Source of the DNA: Heptranchias perlo
Lineage: Eukaryota
Direction: 5' to 3'
Assembly: GCF_035084215.1 (NCBI RefSeq)
Contig: NC_090344.1
Location: 49,290,001 to 49,354,000 of the forward strand
Length of the DNA stretch: 64,000 nt
In this document: positions 1-11,895 of the stretch, piece after piece
Numbering within the stretch: position 1 is the stretch's first letter
Layout: each line of letters begins with the position of its first letter
Translations under genes and position numbers: made by a program
Notes under the pieces: model-generated
Told to the model about the DNA's origin: nothing
Database searches by the model: none
Seen by the model: only the letters and a program-made list of their open reading frames with translations

Positions 1-480
1 TGCCAAACACTTTCTTCAGGGAGTTGCTGCTCTTTGAAAATGTCTGTGCTGAGTTGGATGTGGAGACGCTGCAATTGGTATTTGCATCAATTAGGTTTAA
101 TATCTCATCCGAAAGATAACACCTTGACAGTGCCTTGACTGTCTCAAAGGGTCAGCCTAGACTATGTGCTCTAGTGCTGCTGAGGCAAGCTAGGACAATC
201 CTCTAAGATGGCAGGGTTGAGAGGCAATATGGTTTTCATTTAAAATGTCTTGCTGTTTAATGACTGGAATAATGGGATGGATTTTAAAACCCTGAGGGGA
301 GTGAGGAAGAGGGTCTGAACCATCTGTGCAAAAACAGTCTGAGGAGCAAGGTGTTGTGCCACAGTCTAACTATGGTGGGATCATTTCAACAAACCTGTTC
401 CAACTCATTCAAAAAAGAAAATGTGCTGAGTCATGCAGAGCTCACCTGTACAACTATAGCAAGCTGTGGCCTTATATCGT

Positions 481-795
481 GTGGTACTGTTGATATCTGG
501 TGCGGTACCGATGATATCTGGTGTAATACTGATGATACTGGTGCGGTACTGATGATACCTGGTGTTGTACTTCTGATATATGATGCGGCACTGCTGATAC
601 CTGGTGCTGTTCTGTTGATACCTGATGCTGTACTGCTGATACGGTATCTCGTGCAGTACCTCTGATACCTGGTGCGGTACCTCTGATATCTCGTGCAGTA
701 CCTCTGATACCTGGTGCGGTACCTCTGATATCTGGTGCGGTACCTCTGATACCTGGTGCGGTATCTCTGATACCTGGTGCTGTACTGCTGATACA
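481..795. repeat. 21-bp minisatellite (ctgatacctggtgcggtacct)n
   Basis: Direct tandem units visible; explains the 7-aa periodic ORFs in several frames. Confidence 0.95.
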
Positions 796-916
796 ATGGG
801 GAGCAGCACAGCCAAACTTGATGCTGTCCTCACCAAAGTGCACACACGTGCACTGGCTGGCGGTCAGGACGAGGATACCGGCCAGACCTTTCCCTTTTCT
901 AACCTTGGCACCTAAG

Positions 917-1170
917 GTGTCAACCGCGACTCAGTTGGTAGCACTGTCGCCTCTGATTCAGAAGGTCATGGCTTCTCGTCCCACTCCAGAGACTTGAGCA
1001 CAAAATTTAGGCTGACACTCCTGTGCATTACTGAGGGAGTGCTGCACTATTGGAGGTGTAATCTTTCAGATGAGATGTTAAACCGAGGACCCGTCTACCC
1101 TCTCAGGTGCACAGAAAAGATCCCACGGCACTATATCAAAGAAGAGCAGGGGAGTTCTCCCCGGTGGCCT
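917..1170 (+). mobile_element. DeuSINE (SacSINE1-like) 5' part, split by a CR1 insertion
   Basis: tRNA-like head, gagacttgagcac...gagggagtgctgcact, Deu core gatccc.ggcacta...gaagagcaggggagttctccccggtg; continues at 2757. Confidence 0.85.
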
Positions 1171-2756
1171 AAGAACATAAGAACATAAGAAATAGGAGCA
1201 TGAGTAGGCTATATGGCCCCTCGAGCCTGCTCCACCATTCAATCAATTATGGCTGATCTTCAACCTCAACTCCACTTTCCTACCCAATCCCCATATCCCA
1301 AGAGCCCAAAAATCTATCGATCTCAACCTTGAATATACTTAACGACTCAGCATCCACAGCCCTCTGGGGCAAAGAATTCCAAAGATTCACAACTCTCTGA
1401 GTGAAGAAATTCCTTCTCATCTCAGTCTTAAATGGCCGACCCCTTATCCTGAGACTATGCCCTCTAGTTTTAGACTCTCCAGTCAGGGGAAACAGCCTCC
1501 CAGCATCCACCCTGTCAAGCCCCCTCAGAATCTGATATGTTTCAATGGGATCACCTCTCACTCGTCTAAACTCCAGAGAATATAGGTCCATTCTACTCAA
1601 TCTCTCCTCATTGGACAACCCTCTCATCCCAGGAATTAATCTAGTGAACCTTCGTTGACCTCCTCTAAGGCAAGTATATCCTTCTTTAGATAAGGAGACC
1701 AAAACGGTACGCAGTACTCCACGTGAGGTCTCACCAAAGCCCTGTGAAATTGTATTAAGACTTCCTTACTCTTGTCCTCCAACCCCCTTGCAATAAAGGC
1801 CAACATGCCATTTGCTTTCCTAATTGCGTGCTGTACCTGCATGCTAACTTTTTGTGTTTCTTGTACGAGGATACCCAAGTCTCTCTGGACACCAACATTT
1901 AATAGTTCCTCATCATTTAAAAATTATTCTGTTTTTCTATTCTTCCTACCAAAGCAAATAACCTCACATTTCCCCACATTATACTCCATCTGCCACCTTC
2001 TTGCCCACTCACTTAACCTGTCTGTATCCCTTTGCAAATTCTTTGTGCCCTCCTCACAGCTTACTTTCCCACCTAGCTTTGTATCATCAGCAAACTTGGA
2101 ACAGCACCGATCCTTGCAGTACCCCACTAGTTACAGCCTGCCTTCCTGAAAATGACCCGTTTATCCCTACTCTCTGTTTTCTGTCATTAACCAATCCCCT
2201 ATCCATGCCAATATATTACCCCCAAACCCATGAGCCCTTATCTTGGTAACAACCTTTTATGTGGCACCTTATCGAATGCCTTTTGAAAATCCAAATATAC
2301 TACATCCGCTGGTTCCCCTTTATCTACGCTGCTTGTTACATTCTCAAAAACTCTAATAAATTTGTCAAACATGATTTCCCTTTCATAAAACCATGTTGAC
2401 TCTGCCTAATCATAGTATGATTTTCTAAGTGCCCTGTTACCACTTCCTTAATAATGGATTCCAGCATTTTCCCGACGACTGATGTCAGGCTAGCTGGCCT
2501 GTAGTTCCCTGTTTTCTCTCTCCCTCCTTTCTTGAATAGCGGGGTAACATTTGCTACCTTCCAATTCGCTGGGACCATTCTAGAATCTAGGGAATTTTGG
2601 AAGATCATAACCAATACATCCGCTACTTCTCCAGCCATCTCTTTTAGAATCCTCGGATGAAGGCCATCAGGTCCAGCGGATTTATTGGCTTTTAATCCCA
2701 TTAGTTTCTCAAGTACTTTTTCTCTGCTGATAATAATTACTTTAAGTTCCTCACTC
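1171..2756 (-). mobile_element. CR1 LINE, 5'-truncated, degenerate RT ORF2
   Basis: ORF fragments GPDGLHPRILKE, NYRPASLTSVVGK, KFADDTKLGG, RRNFFTQRVVNLWNSLP; tandem tail reads (aagaacat)n on +. Confidence 0.95.
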
Positions 2757-2970
2757 CTGGCCAATATTTATCCCTCAACCAACATCACTAAAACAGATTA
2801 TCTGGTCATTATCACATTTACTGTTCGTGGGACCTTGCTGAGCGCAAATTGGCTGCCACATTTCCTACATCACAACAGTGACTACACTTCAAAAGTATTT
2901 AATTGGCTGTAAAGCCCTTTGGAACACCCTGAGGTTGTGAAAGGTGCTATATAAATGCAAGTTCTTTATT
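2757..2970 (+). mobile_element. DeuSINE 3' part
   Basis: cctggccaatatttatccctcaacc... to gaaaggtgctatataaatgcaagt tail; completes the copy begun at 917. Confidence 0.85.
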
Positions 2971-3534
2971 TTGTCTGCAGTGCCCCTGCCAGCCCCTTCT
3001 GTGAACAGCTACATCAGCACAGGTTGATTCTTGAACTCAGCACCCTTCTGGTCTGTATGGCTCAGCTGTTCAGTGGATACACTTGGTCAGCCGTCAGACC
3101 AGCCGATGTCCAAGGAACAATGTGTCCATACGGCTCAGAGATGGACCGACATGTATTATAATGGACAGGGACACAATGCCAGCTGCAGTGCCTCAGCAGC
3201 TGATTAAAATGGTCCCGTGCCTTTCTTAGTTTATCACAAGTTTTGATGTTTTGTGACGGATGAGGAAGTGGCAGAATAGATTTCTGCTGAAGCTGTCAGC
3301 ACAAAATGTGAAGCCTTGGGTCTACAGTCCAGTCTTTGTTCCACCTTTTCCCTTGTTTCCTGGAATAGATAGAAGCCAATTTCTTGTTGAACCAGTTGGA
3401 CATTTCTTTACAAATTAAGGGAAAATTTATTTTCTTCGCTGTTTGCAGTGAAGTCGAAACACGCTCCACTGAAAAGAGGAAATTCTCTCCCCTCCCCCCG
3501 ATAGCCAAATACATAAAGGCACCAGAAAGAATAC

Positions 3535-3880
3535 AAGCCAGAAAGGTCCCAGGTTCAATCCCAGTCTATGCTGAGCTAGCTGGTCTCATTGGGGCAACAG
3601 TAGGAGTGCTACAATTGGCCTCAGCATTCCATGTAAGGGAGGGGAAAAATCAGACTCAGGGTTCCTGTCGCTCAGCTCCAACCAGGGACCCCTGCCGGAA
3701 ATTGTGTGGACATTGGGTGAGGAGAGATTCGGGGTCGGCTGTGATCTACATAATAACAGTTACTGCGCTCCAAAAGTAATTCATGACGTGATAAGCTGCG
3801 GTATAAGTGCAAATATCATTAAATCACTCACTGAATCCTACTGTCCAGACTTACAGAAAAATGGCCACTTGGGTGAGGGA
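3535..3880 (+). mobile_element. LF-SINE-like element (degenerate)
   Basis: ggtcccaggttcaatccc head, ctacaattggcctcagc, gaaaaatggccacttggg motifs shared with many copies in the window. Confidence 0.6.
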
Positions 3881-4599
3881 GGGAGGGCGGTCAATATCCA
3901 TGGTTGCACAGCAAGATTCAGCGCCAGCAGAAGAGGGGAGGGGCGGAGGGGGGATAGAAACAGGATTATAACCATTATTATTCGCTAGTTGGCAGGCTCA
4001 GGTTTGTTCCAGATAGCATTTTCTGAAGGCTATCATTTTGTGTGGCAGCAGATGTTCCAATGATGACAAAGCAGTGGTTCAACAGTTTTAAAATTACCCC
4101 AACTACATCTGTGTGACATGTTTCCACTCTGGTCTCTCTTAGTCTGGTCTGACTTAGAGGTAGTTTTTGTACTGTATCCACGAATGCCAGGACTGAGACT
4201 GTCCCAATTAATTCACGTACATCTTCCCATCAGTCTGGACTGGATTTGAATCCAGGCCCCAGAAATGAAAGGTGAGTGTAGAGTTTTTGTGACAATTGGA
4301 AAAAAACACACTCGTTTTGCTCATGGTCTATTCTTGGCAATGTAACGCAAGTTGCAACTCTGCAACTTGCATTACATTGCCAAGAGTAGACCATGAGCAA
4401 AACAAGTAGCAGTAGCAGTGAATCTGCGTGCTCAACCAGCATTGTAACAGCCAGCGAACTGCGAGCTGCTCCTCTGCCAACCAGTGTAAGATTTAGATAA
4501 CAACAATACTTCAAAATCCACTGAAGAGTTGTACAAGGGATAATGGCAGCAATAGCACAGTTATGTGCTTCTTAAAGGTATATGGGTTACCTTTTCATG

Positions 4600-4975
4600 G
4601 TGGATCAGTGGGTAAACATACAGAGCCGTCCAGATTTGGTCCCAAATTCCATCCCCAGTCTACTGAGTTAGCTGATCTCAGCTGGGGCAGCTGTAAGGGC
4701 ACTACAACAGGCCTCAGTACCTCCAGGTTAGTGAGGGAATAATATCATCTCGGGCTCCTGCTCCTAATTGCTATCTGCTGACCCTGCTGGAAAGCGTGGG
4801 CGTATGGGCCTTGGGCAAGCATAGGATCAAGCTTGGCTGTGATGCTTTTGTGTTTAAATAGCCTATTAGCACTCACCGTCTGGGCTCACACATGAAGAAT
4901 GGCCTCATTGACAAGACAGCAGAGAATGACTGGCACTCATGGATCTGCAGCCCAGTTACCTTCAGAGATGAGGGG
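4600..4975 (+). mobile_element. LF-SINE-like element
   Basis: ctgagttagctgatctcagctgggg...ggctcacacatgaagaatggcc...ccttcagagatgagggg. Confidence 0.65.
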
Positions 4976-5642
4976 TAAAAAGTGGCGGTGAGAGGTGGGG
5001 ACAAGTAATGCGGCTTCTTGGGGTGGAAGGAGTATGTATATAATTTTTGAATATTTTTATTTACTATAAGGTGGCCTGCATGTCCTGCTCCTGAAAAATG
5101 TCTTCTTTAGTCATAGTGCGAAACATGGGGCACCCACTCTTTCAAAGATCTGCCCTTCCTTTTCAGAGAAAATGTGTTCGGTCGATCCAGCTTTAGGACT
5201 TGTTTCCCCATCCCCTCCCCCAAACTCTCGCTTGTTCCTAGCAAGTCAGCACTGGGGTTGAGCAGCTGGAGTCCATTATGTTGCATGAGCCCCGTTCTGA
5301 TGGCGCCGGCTCCTGACGCACGGGCTTTGTAATCCTGCTGGGTTCCGCTACAGCCAGCAGCTGGTGAGAGCGGTAACACCGCTCCACGTAGTACAGGTGC
5401 TGCAGTTTTTTTCGATGTGCCTGCACCTCTGCAGGCCTTGGGTAAGTGAAATTGGAGTCATCACCCCAACCCCCAACCCCGTTTCGGACCAAGCCGTCCG
5501 AGTTTCGAGTGGTGAGTCTGGAAAATGTAAAACCAGGCTTCAATGAGCTTCAACCGTCTGGCAAGAGGCACGAAATAAGGAGAGCAGATGTTGCAAATCT
5601 GAACCTGTTCTTGGCAGCATCAGAGTCAAAGGATAAAGAAAA

Positions 5643-7670
5643 GGAATTTTAAAAACTAGTATCAGTAATGGTGGCCATGAAACTACCGGATTGTCATAAA
5701 AACCCATCTGGTTCACTAATGTCCTTTAGGGAAGGAAATCTGCCATCCTTACCCGGTCTGGCCTATATGTGACTCCAGACCCATAGCAATGTGGTTGATT
5801 CTTAATTGCCCTCTGAAATGGCCCAGCAAGCCACTCAGTTGTACAATCTTGCTAAAAAAAAGCCATAATAAGAATAAAACTGGATGGATCACCCAGCATT
5901 GGACACTAGGCACTGGACACGACAAAGGCAAACCAAGCCCAGTCGACCCTGCAAAGTCCTCCTCACAAACATATGGGGACTTGTGCCAAAATTGGGAGAG
6001 CTGTCCCACAGACCAGTCAAGCAACAACCTGACATAGCCACACTCACAGAATCATACCTTTCAGCCAACGTCTCAGACTTTTCCATCACCATCCCTGGTG
6101 ATGGAGGGAAGGTCATTGTCCCACCGGCAGGACCGACCCACCAGAGGTGGCGGTACAGTGATATACAGTCAGGAGGGAGTGGCCCTGGGAGTCCTCAACA
6201 TTGACTCCGGACCCCATGAAATCTCATGGCATCAGGTCAAACATGGGCAAGGAAACCTCCTGCTGATTACCACCTACTGTCCTCCCTCAGCTGATGAATC
6301 AGTCCTCCTCCATGTTGAGCACCACTTGGAGGAAGCACTGAGGATAGCAAGGGCACAGAATGTACTCTGGATGGGGGACTTCAGTGTCCATCACCAAGAG
6401 TGGCTCGGTAGCACCACTACTGAACGAGCTGGCCAAGTCCTGAAGGACATAGCTGCCAGACTGGGCCTGCAGCAGGTGGTGAGCGAACCAACACGAGGGA
6501 AAAAACCTACTTGACTTTGTCCTCACCAATCTACCTGTCGCAGATGCATCTGTCCATGACAGTATTGGTAGGAGTGACCACCGCACAGTCCTCGTGGCTG
6601 GAGTCATACCTAGCACAAAGGAAGATGGTAGCGGTTGTTGGAGGACAATCATCTCAGCCCTAGGACATTGCTGCAGGAGTTCCTCAGGGCAGTGTCCTAG
6701 GCCCAACCATCTTCAGCTGCTTCATCAATGACCTTCCCTCCATCATAAGGTCAGAAATGGGGATGTTTGCTGATGATTGCACAGTGTTCAGTTCCATTCG
6801 CAACCCGTCAGATAATGAAGCTGTCTGTGCCCGCATGCAGCAAGACCTGGACAACATCCAGGCTTGGGCTGATAAGTGGCAAGTAACATTCGCGCCAGAT
6901 ATGTGCCAGGCAATGATCATCTCCAACAAGAGAGGGTCTAACCACCTCCCCTTGACATTCAACGGCATTACCATCGCCGAATCCCCCACCATCAACATCC
7001 TGGGGGTCACCATTGACCAGAAACTTAACTGGGCCAGCCATATAAATACTGTGGCTACAAGAGCAGGTCAGAGGCTGGGTATTCTGCGGCGAGTGACTCA
7101 CCTTCTGACTCCCCAAAGCCTTTCCACCATCTACAAGGCACAAGTCAGGAGCGTGATGGAATACTCTCCACTTGCCTGGATGAGTGCAGCTCCAAACACA
7201 GTCAAGAAGCTCGACATCATCCAGGACAAAGCAGCCCATTTGATTGGCACCCCATCCACCACCTTAAACATTCATTCCCTCCACCACCGACATACTGTGG
7301 CTGCAGTGTGTACCATCCACAGGATGCATTGTTGCAACTCGCCAAGGCTTCTTCGACAGCACCTCCCAAACCCGCGACCTCTACCACCTAGAAGGACAAG
7401 GGCAGCAGGCACATGGGAACAACACAACCTGCACGTTCCCCTCCAAGTCACACACCATCCCGACTTGGAAATAAATCGCCGTTCCTTCATCGTCGCTGGG
7501 TCAAAATCCTGGAACTCCCTTCCTAATAGCACAGTGGGAGAACCTTCACCACACGGACTGCAGCGGTTCAAGACGGCGGCTCACCACCACCTTCTCAAGG
7601 GCAATTAGGGATGGGCAATAAATGCTGGCCTCGCCAGCGACACCCACATCCCATGAACGAATGAAAAAAA
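5643..7670 (+). mobile_element. tRNA-headed EN/RT LINE family copy, head missing, about 1.16 kb internal deletion
   Basis: Near-identical to 54660-57817; EN motifs (TESYL, GDF, SDH) joined to RT ([14 protein letters not shown]) at GTGG 6594-6597; A-rich tail. Confidence 0.92.
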
Positions 7671-7814
7671 AGTGTCACAAACTCCACTGTGTTGATATTT
7701 GAGATCAGGTCAGCAGAGGTCTGCAGTGACAGTATTAGCTATGGTCTGTCTCTTTGCCTCTCAGTTACTCTGCATTTTGTAAAGCATCTTTTTTATTTAT
7801 TATTTCCCACTCTC

Positions 7815-8080
7815 CCCCACTTTTATTCTCTCCTCCTCTCCTGAAGACGCTGACTCTTGCACCAGATGTCCTTTGGAACCTCACCCATGTGACCATTCTT
7901 CTTGTGTGAGCCTGGATAATGAGTGCCGGCTGGCCAATCGACTACAGGGTGCATCACAGCCGAATGTGTTCCTGTCCTCACCCAATGTCCATAACACATG
8001 TGCAATTTCCAGCAGGGGTCACTGGACAATGAATAGGAGCAGGAACCCTCGTTGATTTTCCCCCTTCATGTCCCAGGGGC
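7815..8080 (-). mobile_element. LF-SINE-like element
   Basis: ctcctctctcctgaagacgctgactc...cattcttcttgtgtgagcctgga, reverse of the family. Confidence 0.6.
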
Positions 8081-8342
8081 GTTGGACAGCAGTTGAGGGC
8101 ATTATAAAGTGTCCTGTGCTAAATCAGGGGGAAAATGAGCCAGAGCTGCTGCTTCTGATCAGTATCCAGTTGGAAAGAGTCTGGAAGGGGCCATGGACCT
8201 GATTTTGGTGTTGTGATTCATGTCAGGTGAGCAGGTGCTGAACACACTGTTTATACAAAGGAGAAACTTTTACAGGTCAAACCTTATTTTTGGAAAGAAC
8301 ATTTCCACAAGCCCCGTTGAAATGCTTGTTATTTTGCAGTTG

Positions 8343-8409
8343 CCGGAAGTTGCTGCACTGAGATGAGCAGAAAGCTGGAATCCCCCTGGCTAGACTTCTT
8401 CTATCAATG
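8343..8409 (+). promoter_or_regulatory. VAMP8: Candidate VAMP8 promoter and ATG-only first exon (ATG 8407-8409)
   Basis: ETS motif CCGGAAGT at 8343-8350, then caATG|gtgtga phase-0 donor; same layout as VAMP5 exon 1 here and as human VAMP8 exon 1. Confidence 0.45.
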
Positions 8410-8534
8410 GTGTGACGTGTTTGTTGCCTGGAATAGATAGAAGCCAATTTCTTGTTGAACCAGTTAGACATCTGAAACTAATCTGCACTGCACAAGGCAG
8501 CAGTGGAAATTTAACCTCCTGAGTGCTGTTCTGC

Positions 8535-8765
8535 CTTTTCAGGTGGATATAAAAGATCCCATGGTACGATTTGAAGAAGAGCAGGGGAGTTCTCTCAGTG
8601 TCCCGGCCAACATTCATCCCTCAATGCACACCACCAAAAAAAACCCAGATTATGCGATCATTCATCTCATTGCTGTGTGTGGGACCTAGCTGTGCGCAAA
8701 TTGACTGCCGCATTTGTCGACAAAACAACACTGACTACACTTCACAAAGTAATCGACTGTTGTAA
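8535..8765 (+). mobile_element. DeuSINE fragment
   Basis: aaaagatcccatgg...gaagaagagcaggggagttctc Deu core. Confidence 0.75.
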
Positions 8766-8779
8766 GGTGGTTGGAGCCT

Positions 8780-9400
8780 ACTTGCACCTCCGTAGCATCG
8801 CCTGCCCCTACCTCAGCTCATCTGTTGCTGAAACTCTCATCCATAACCTCTCGACTTGACGATTCCAATGCTCTTCTGGCTGGCCCCCATCCTCCACCTG
8901 CTGTAAACTTCAGCTCATCCCATATCCCATCCCACACAGTCTCACTCACTCAGCATCTCTGTCCATGCTGACCGACAAGCTCTCAGTTCCCCAATGCCTC
9001 AATTTTAAAATTGTCATCCTCATGTTTAAATCCCTTCATGTCCTCGCTCCCCGCCCCCCCCCCCATCTCTGTAACCTCCTTCAGCCCCACAACTCCACTC
9101 CGCTGAATTTTCCATTCCTCTGACTCTGGCCTCTTGTGCACCCTCCCCACCCTTCACCCCACCATTGGTGACTGTGTCTTCACCTGCCTAGGCCCCATGC
9201 TCTGGAATTCCCTCCTTAAACCCCTCCATTTTGCCATTGTCTTCTCCTCCTTAAAGACCCTTCCTAAAACCCACTTCTTTGACAAGGTTTTTGATCACCC
9301 GTCCTAATATCCCTTTCCTTGGTTCAGTGTCCATTTTTCTTCTGTGAAGTGCCTTGGGACGTTTCTGCACACTAACGGCGTAATATAAATGCAAGTTGCT
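8780..9400 (+). mobile_element. L2-like LINE 3' fragment
   Basis: Degenerate ttttaaaattgtcatcct...ctctggaattccctcc...gtgaagtgccttgggac...tataaatgcaagttg tail. Confidence 0.7.
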
Positions 9401-9854
9401 GTTGTCCAGTTTCCACGTTGAAGGCAGTATTACGTCCTGTGGTTTAAATGAAGTCACTGTTTGTGACAGTAAAGTTACCATGGCTGAGGGGTTACGAGAA
9501 CTACTTTCATCTGATGTTGTCGCATTATAACCTGATGCTATGGGGTTTTTATAATATATGAAATATTTAAAATCTTTGCCAGGAGAAACTTGGATAAAAA
9601 GGTGAATAGAAATTAACAGGTGACTGAGATGGCAGTGACCAGAAGCTGCTTTTAACTGCTTTATGGCAGAAATGCAATTTCTATTATGAATATTGATTCA
9701 TCTTGAGATAGGGCACCGTGCGTGGAGGAGGAACAGGGGCAGAGTTTTCAAACCCATCTCCTGTATTGCAGCTGTTGATGTACACTGTTGACCATTGCTG
9801 TGCTCTGTTGACCTTTGCTGTGCTCTGTTTACTGTTGCTGTGCTCTGTTGCCAG

Positions 9855-10007
9855 GAGGAAGGTCGTGTGAAGGAGGACCGTGTCCGGAGCCTCCAGAGTG
9901 ATGTGGAAGGAGTGAAGACCATCATGTCTGAGAACGTCGACCGGATACTGGCTCGTGGAGAGAAGTTGGATGATCTCATGAACAAGACCGAGGACCTGCA
10001 AGCCAGT
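9855..10007 (+). CDS. VAMP8: VAMP8 (endobrevin) exon 2, R-SNARE motif
   Basis: ccag|GAG...AGT|gtaaga; [51 protein letters not shown] resembles human [29 protein letters not shown]. Confidence 0.95.
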
Positions 10008-10049
10008 GTAAGATGGCGAAAATTATAAGATGGACATAGAAGCTCCCCT

Positions 10050-10415
10050 CATGACTCATTTGGTAAAATCAGTGAGGAATTGAGCTCTGCAGACCTGAAG
10101 GTCTCAGGTTCAATCCCTGGTTTGTGCTGAATTTACTTATCTCAGCTGGGGCAGCAGTAGGGGTGCAACAATTGGACTCAGCACCGCAGGACTTGGGGGG
10201 GGAAGATCAGCCAAGGCTCCTGAACTCACCTGATGACTGCATGTGTGTGGACATGTGCTTGGCTATGATGCCCTTCAAAGTCAAATACCTTGTTCACACT
10301 CACCGTCTCAGCTTACACATGAACAACAGTTATATGGCCGAGGTTCCAGAAGGTGTTCTCTACCATTGGAACCACACTCCATCGGGAGTCAGCGTCTTCA
10401 GGAAAGAAGGGGATT
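10050..10415 (+). mobile_element. LF-SINE-like element in VAMP8 intron 2
   Basis: gaaggtctcaggttcaatccctgg...ctcagctggggcagcagtagggg...gagtcagcgtcttcaggaaagaagggg. Confidence 0.65.
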
Positions 10416-11111
10416 AAATGATGACCCTATTTATCCCCTCTTGCTGCCTTCTACTTCCATTGATTATGTTGAGGAGAGGGAGTCACTGTGGTATGTGACA
10501 TCTTCACAAGTGCCATCAGCCAACGCTGCTCTAATGTCGCTGATAGGCTTACTTGTCAACCCTGAAGCAACATTGTCACAAGTATTTCAGAACAGTATAA
10601 TGCTGGGTGTGTGAAATTTTCATAATGTGTCGACTTGATCTGTGAATAATGATCAGCATACAATTAGAGATTGTGTCCTTCTAAACTTTAGTTGTGTGTG
10701 GAAAGATCAATTTGAGCTGGATAACAGTGGGGTGAAGTACTGATGGGTACAAGTCTGTTACTAGGGGTGGGAGCAATTGGAGGAAATGAATTAAGAGTAT
10801 CAGTTCCCCTTGTCAGAGGTGCTTTCCTTCGGTTGAGATGTTAAACTGATCTCTGTTCTGATGGTTCAGGTGGATGTTAAAGATCCCATGGCACAATCTG
10901 AAGACCAGCAGGAAATTCTCCCAATACCCTGATCAACATTTCTCCCTCCACCAAGACCATCGCAGAATGATTGTCTCATTTGCCTAAATAACAACAGTCA
11001 CTGCACTTCCAAGTAACTTATTGTGTGAAGCACTTTGAGCGGTTTTGAAGTGATAGGGCGCAATCTAAATGCAACTGTTAGTTATTTTATTCTTTATACT
11101 TTCCCTTGCAG

Positions 11112-11255
11112 TCAGAACACTTCAAAACCACCTCACAGAAAGTGGCACGGAAATACTGGTGGAAGAACACAAAGATGATCATCCTGCTTGTGGTCATCGT
11201 CGGCATCGTCCTGGCCCTGATCATTCTCTTCGCCACAGGGGTCATTCCATCCTAA
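11112..11255 (+). CDS. VAMP8: VAMP8 last exon (WW juxtamembrane segment plus TM helix)
   Basis: ttgcag|TCA; [47 protein letters not shown]. Confidence 0.96.
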   Translation, partial: SEHFKTTSQKVARKYWWKNTKMIILLVVIVGIVLALIILFATGVIPS

Positions 11256-11476
11256 CAGCAGGACGCCTTGGGGTATCTCAGCATGGTTCTTTTTTGTGTT
11301 GTGTACTAAGAAGTTTTGTGTTCTTTCTGTCCAGTCTATCCCCTGGTGTCGTGATGTAGGTGCACTCTTGGTCTTATTTTTTGTTAGTTTTGTGCTGTAT
11401 ATTTTCAGGATACACCCTTGCTGCACACAAACCTACAAAATCCTTTGTAAAAACTTACTTATGTAAATGTTGACTC

Positions 11477-11482
11477 AATAAA
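11477..11482 (+). terminator. VAMP8 candidate polyadenylation signal
   Basis: AATAAA about 220 nt after the stop codon in an AT-rich 3'UTR. Confidence 0.6.
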
Positions 11483-11629
11483 TTATCAGGCAGAGAGCTG
11501 GAAATACCAGAAATGTCCTAAAATAATTGTTACTACCTTTTCTGTGAATTTTTTGCTCCTCAAGGTGAGAGATGTTCGTGCTGAGGAATGGAATACTTTG
11601 CATTTTAGGCTTCCAGTGTCAGCATCGAG

Positions 11630-11895
11630 CATTCTTAGGTCAGGTACAGCATAGATTATTATATATAGAGTAAAGTTTCCTCTACACTGTCCTATCAAAC
11701 ACTCCCAGGGCAGGTACAGCATGGGTTAGATACAGAGTAAAGTTCCCTCTACCTTATCCCATCAAACAATCCTCGGGCATGTACAGCACGGGTTAGATAC
11801 AAATTAAATCTCCCTCTACCTTGTCCCATCAAACACTCTTTGGGTGGATACAGCACGGGTTAGATACAGAATAAAGTTCCCCCTACACTGTCCCA
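11630..11895. repeat. About 67-bp tandem repeat (ca. 4 units)
   Basis: Repeated caggtacagcacgggttagatacagagtaaagttccctctacactgtcccatcaaacactcc. Confidence 0.85.

Noticed and set aside
351-845. Repetitive ORFs and CRISPR-like periodicity
   Set aside because: 21-bp tandem repeat with no unique spacers, in eukaryotic DNA
4230-4514. Minus-strand ORF with hydrophobic stretch and CRVATCVT, resembling the CGRP/amylin ring (CNTATCVT)
   Set aside because: No dibasic cleavage site, following helix or amidation signal; likely coincidence
1-9000. GGCX exons expected upstream of VAMP8 from human synteny
   Set aside because: No GGCX-like peptide seen in any frame
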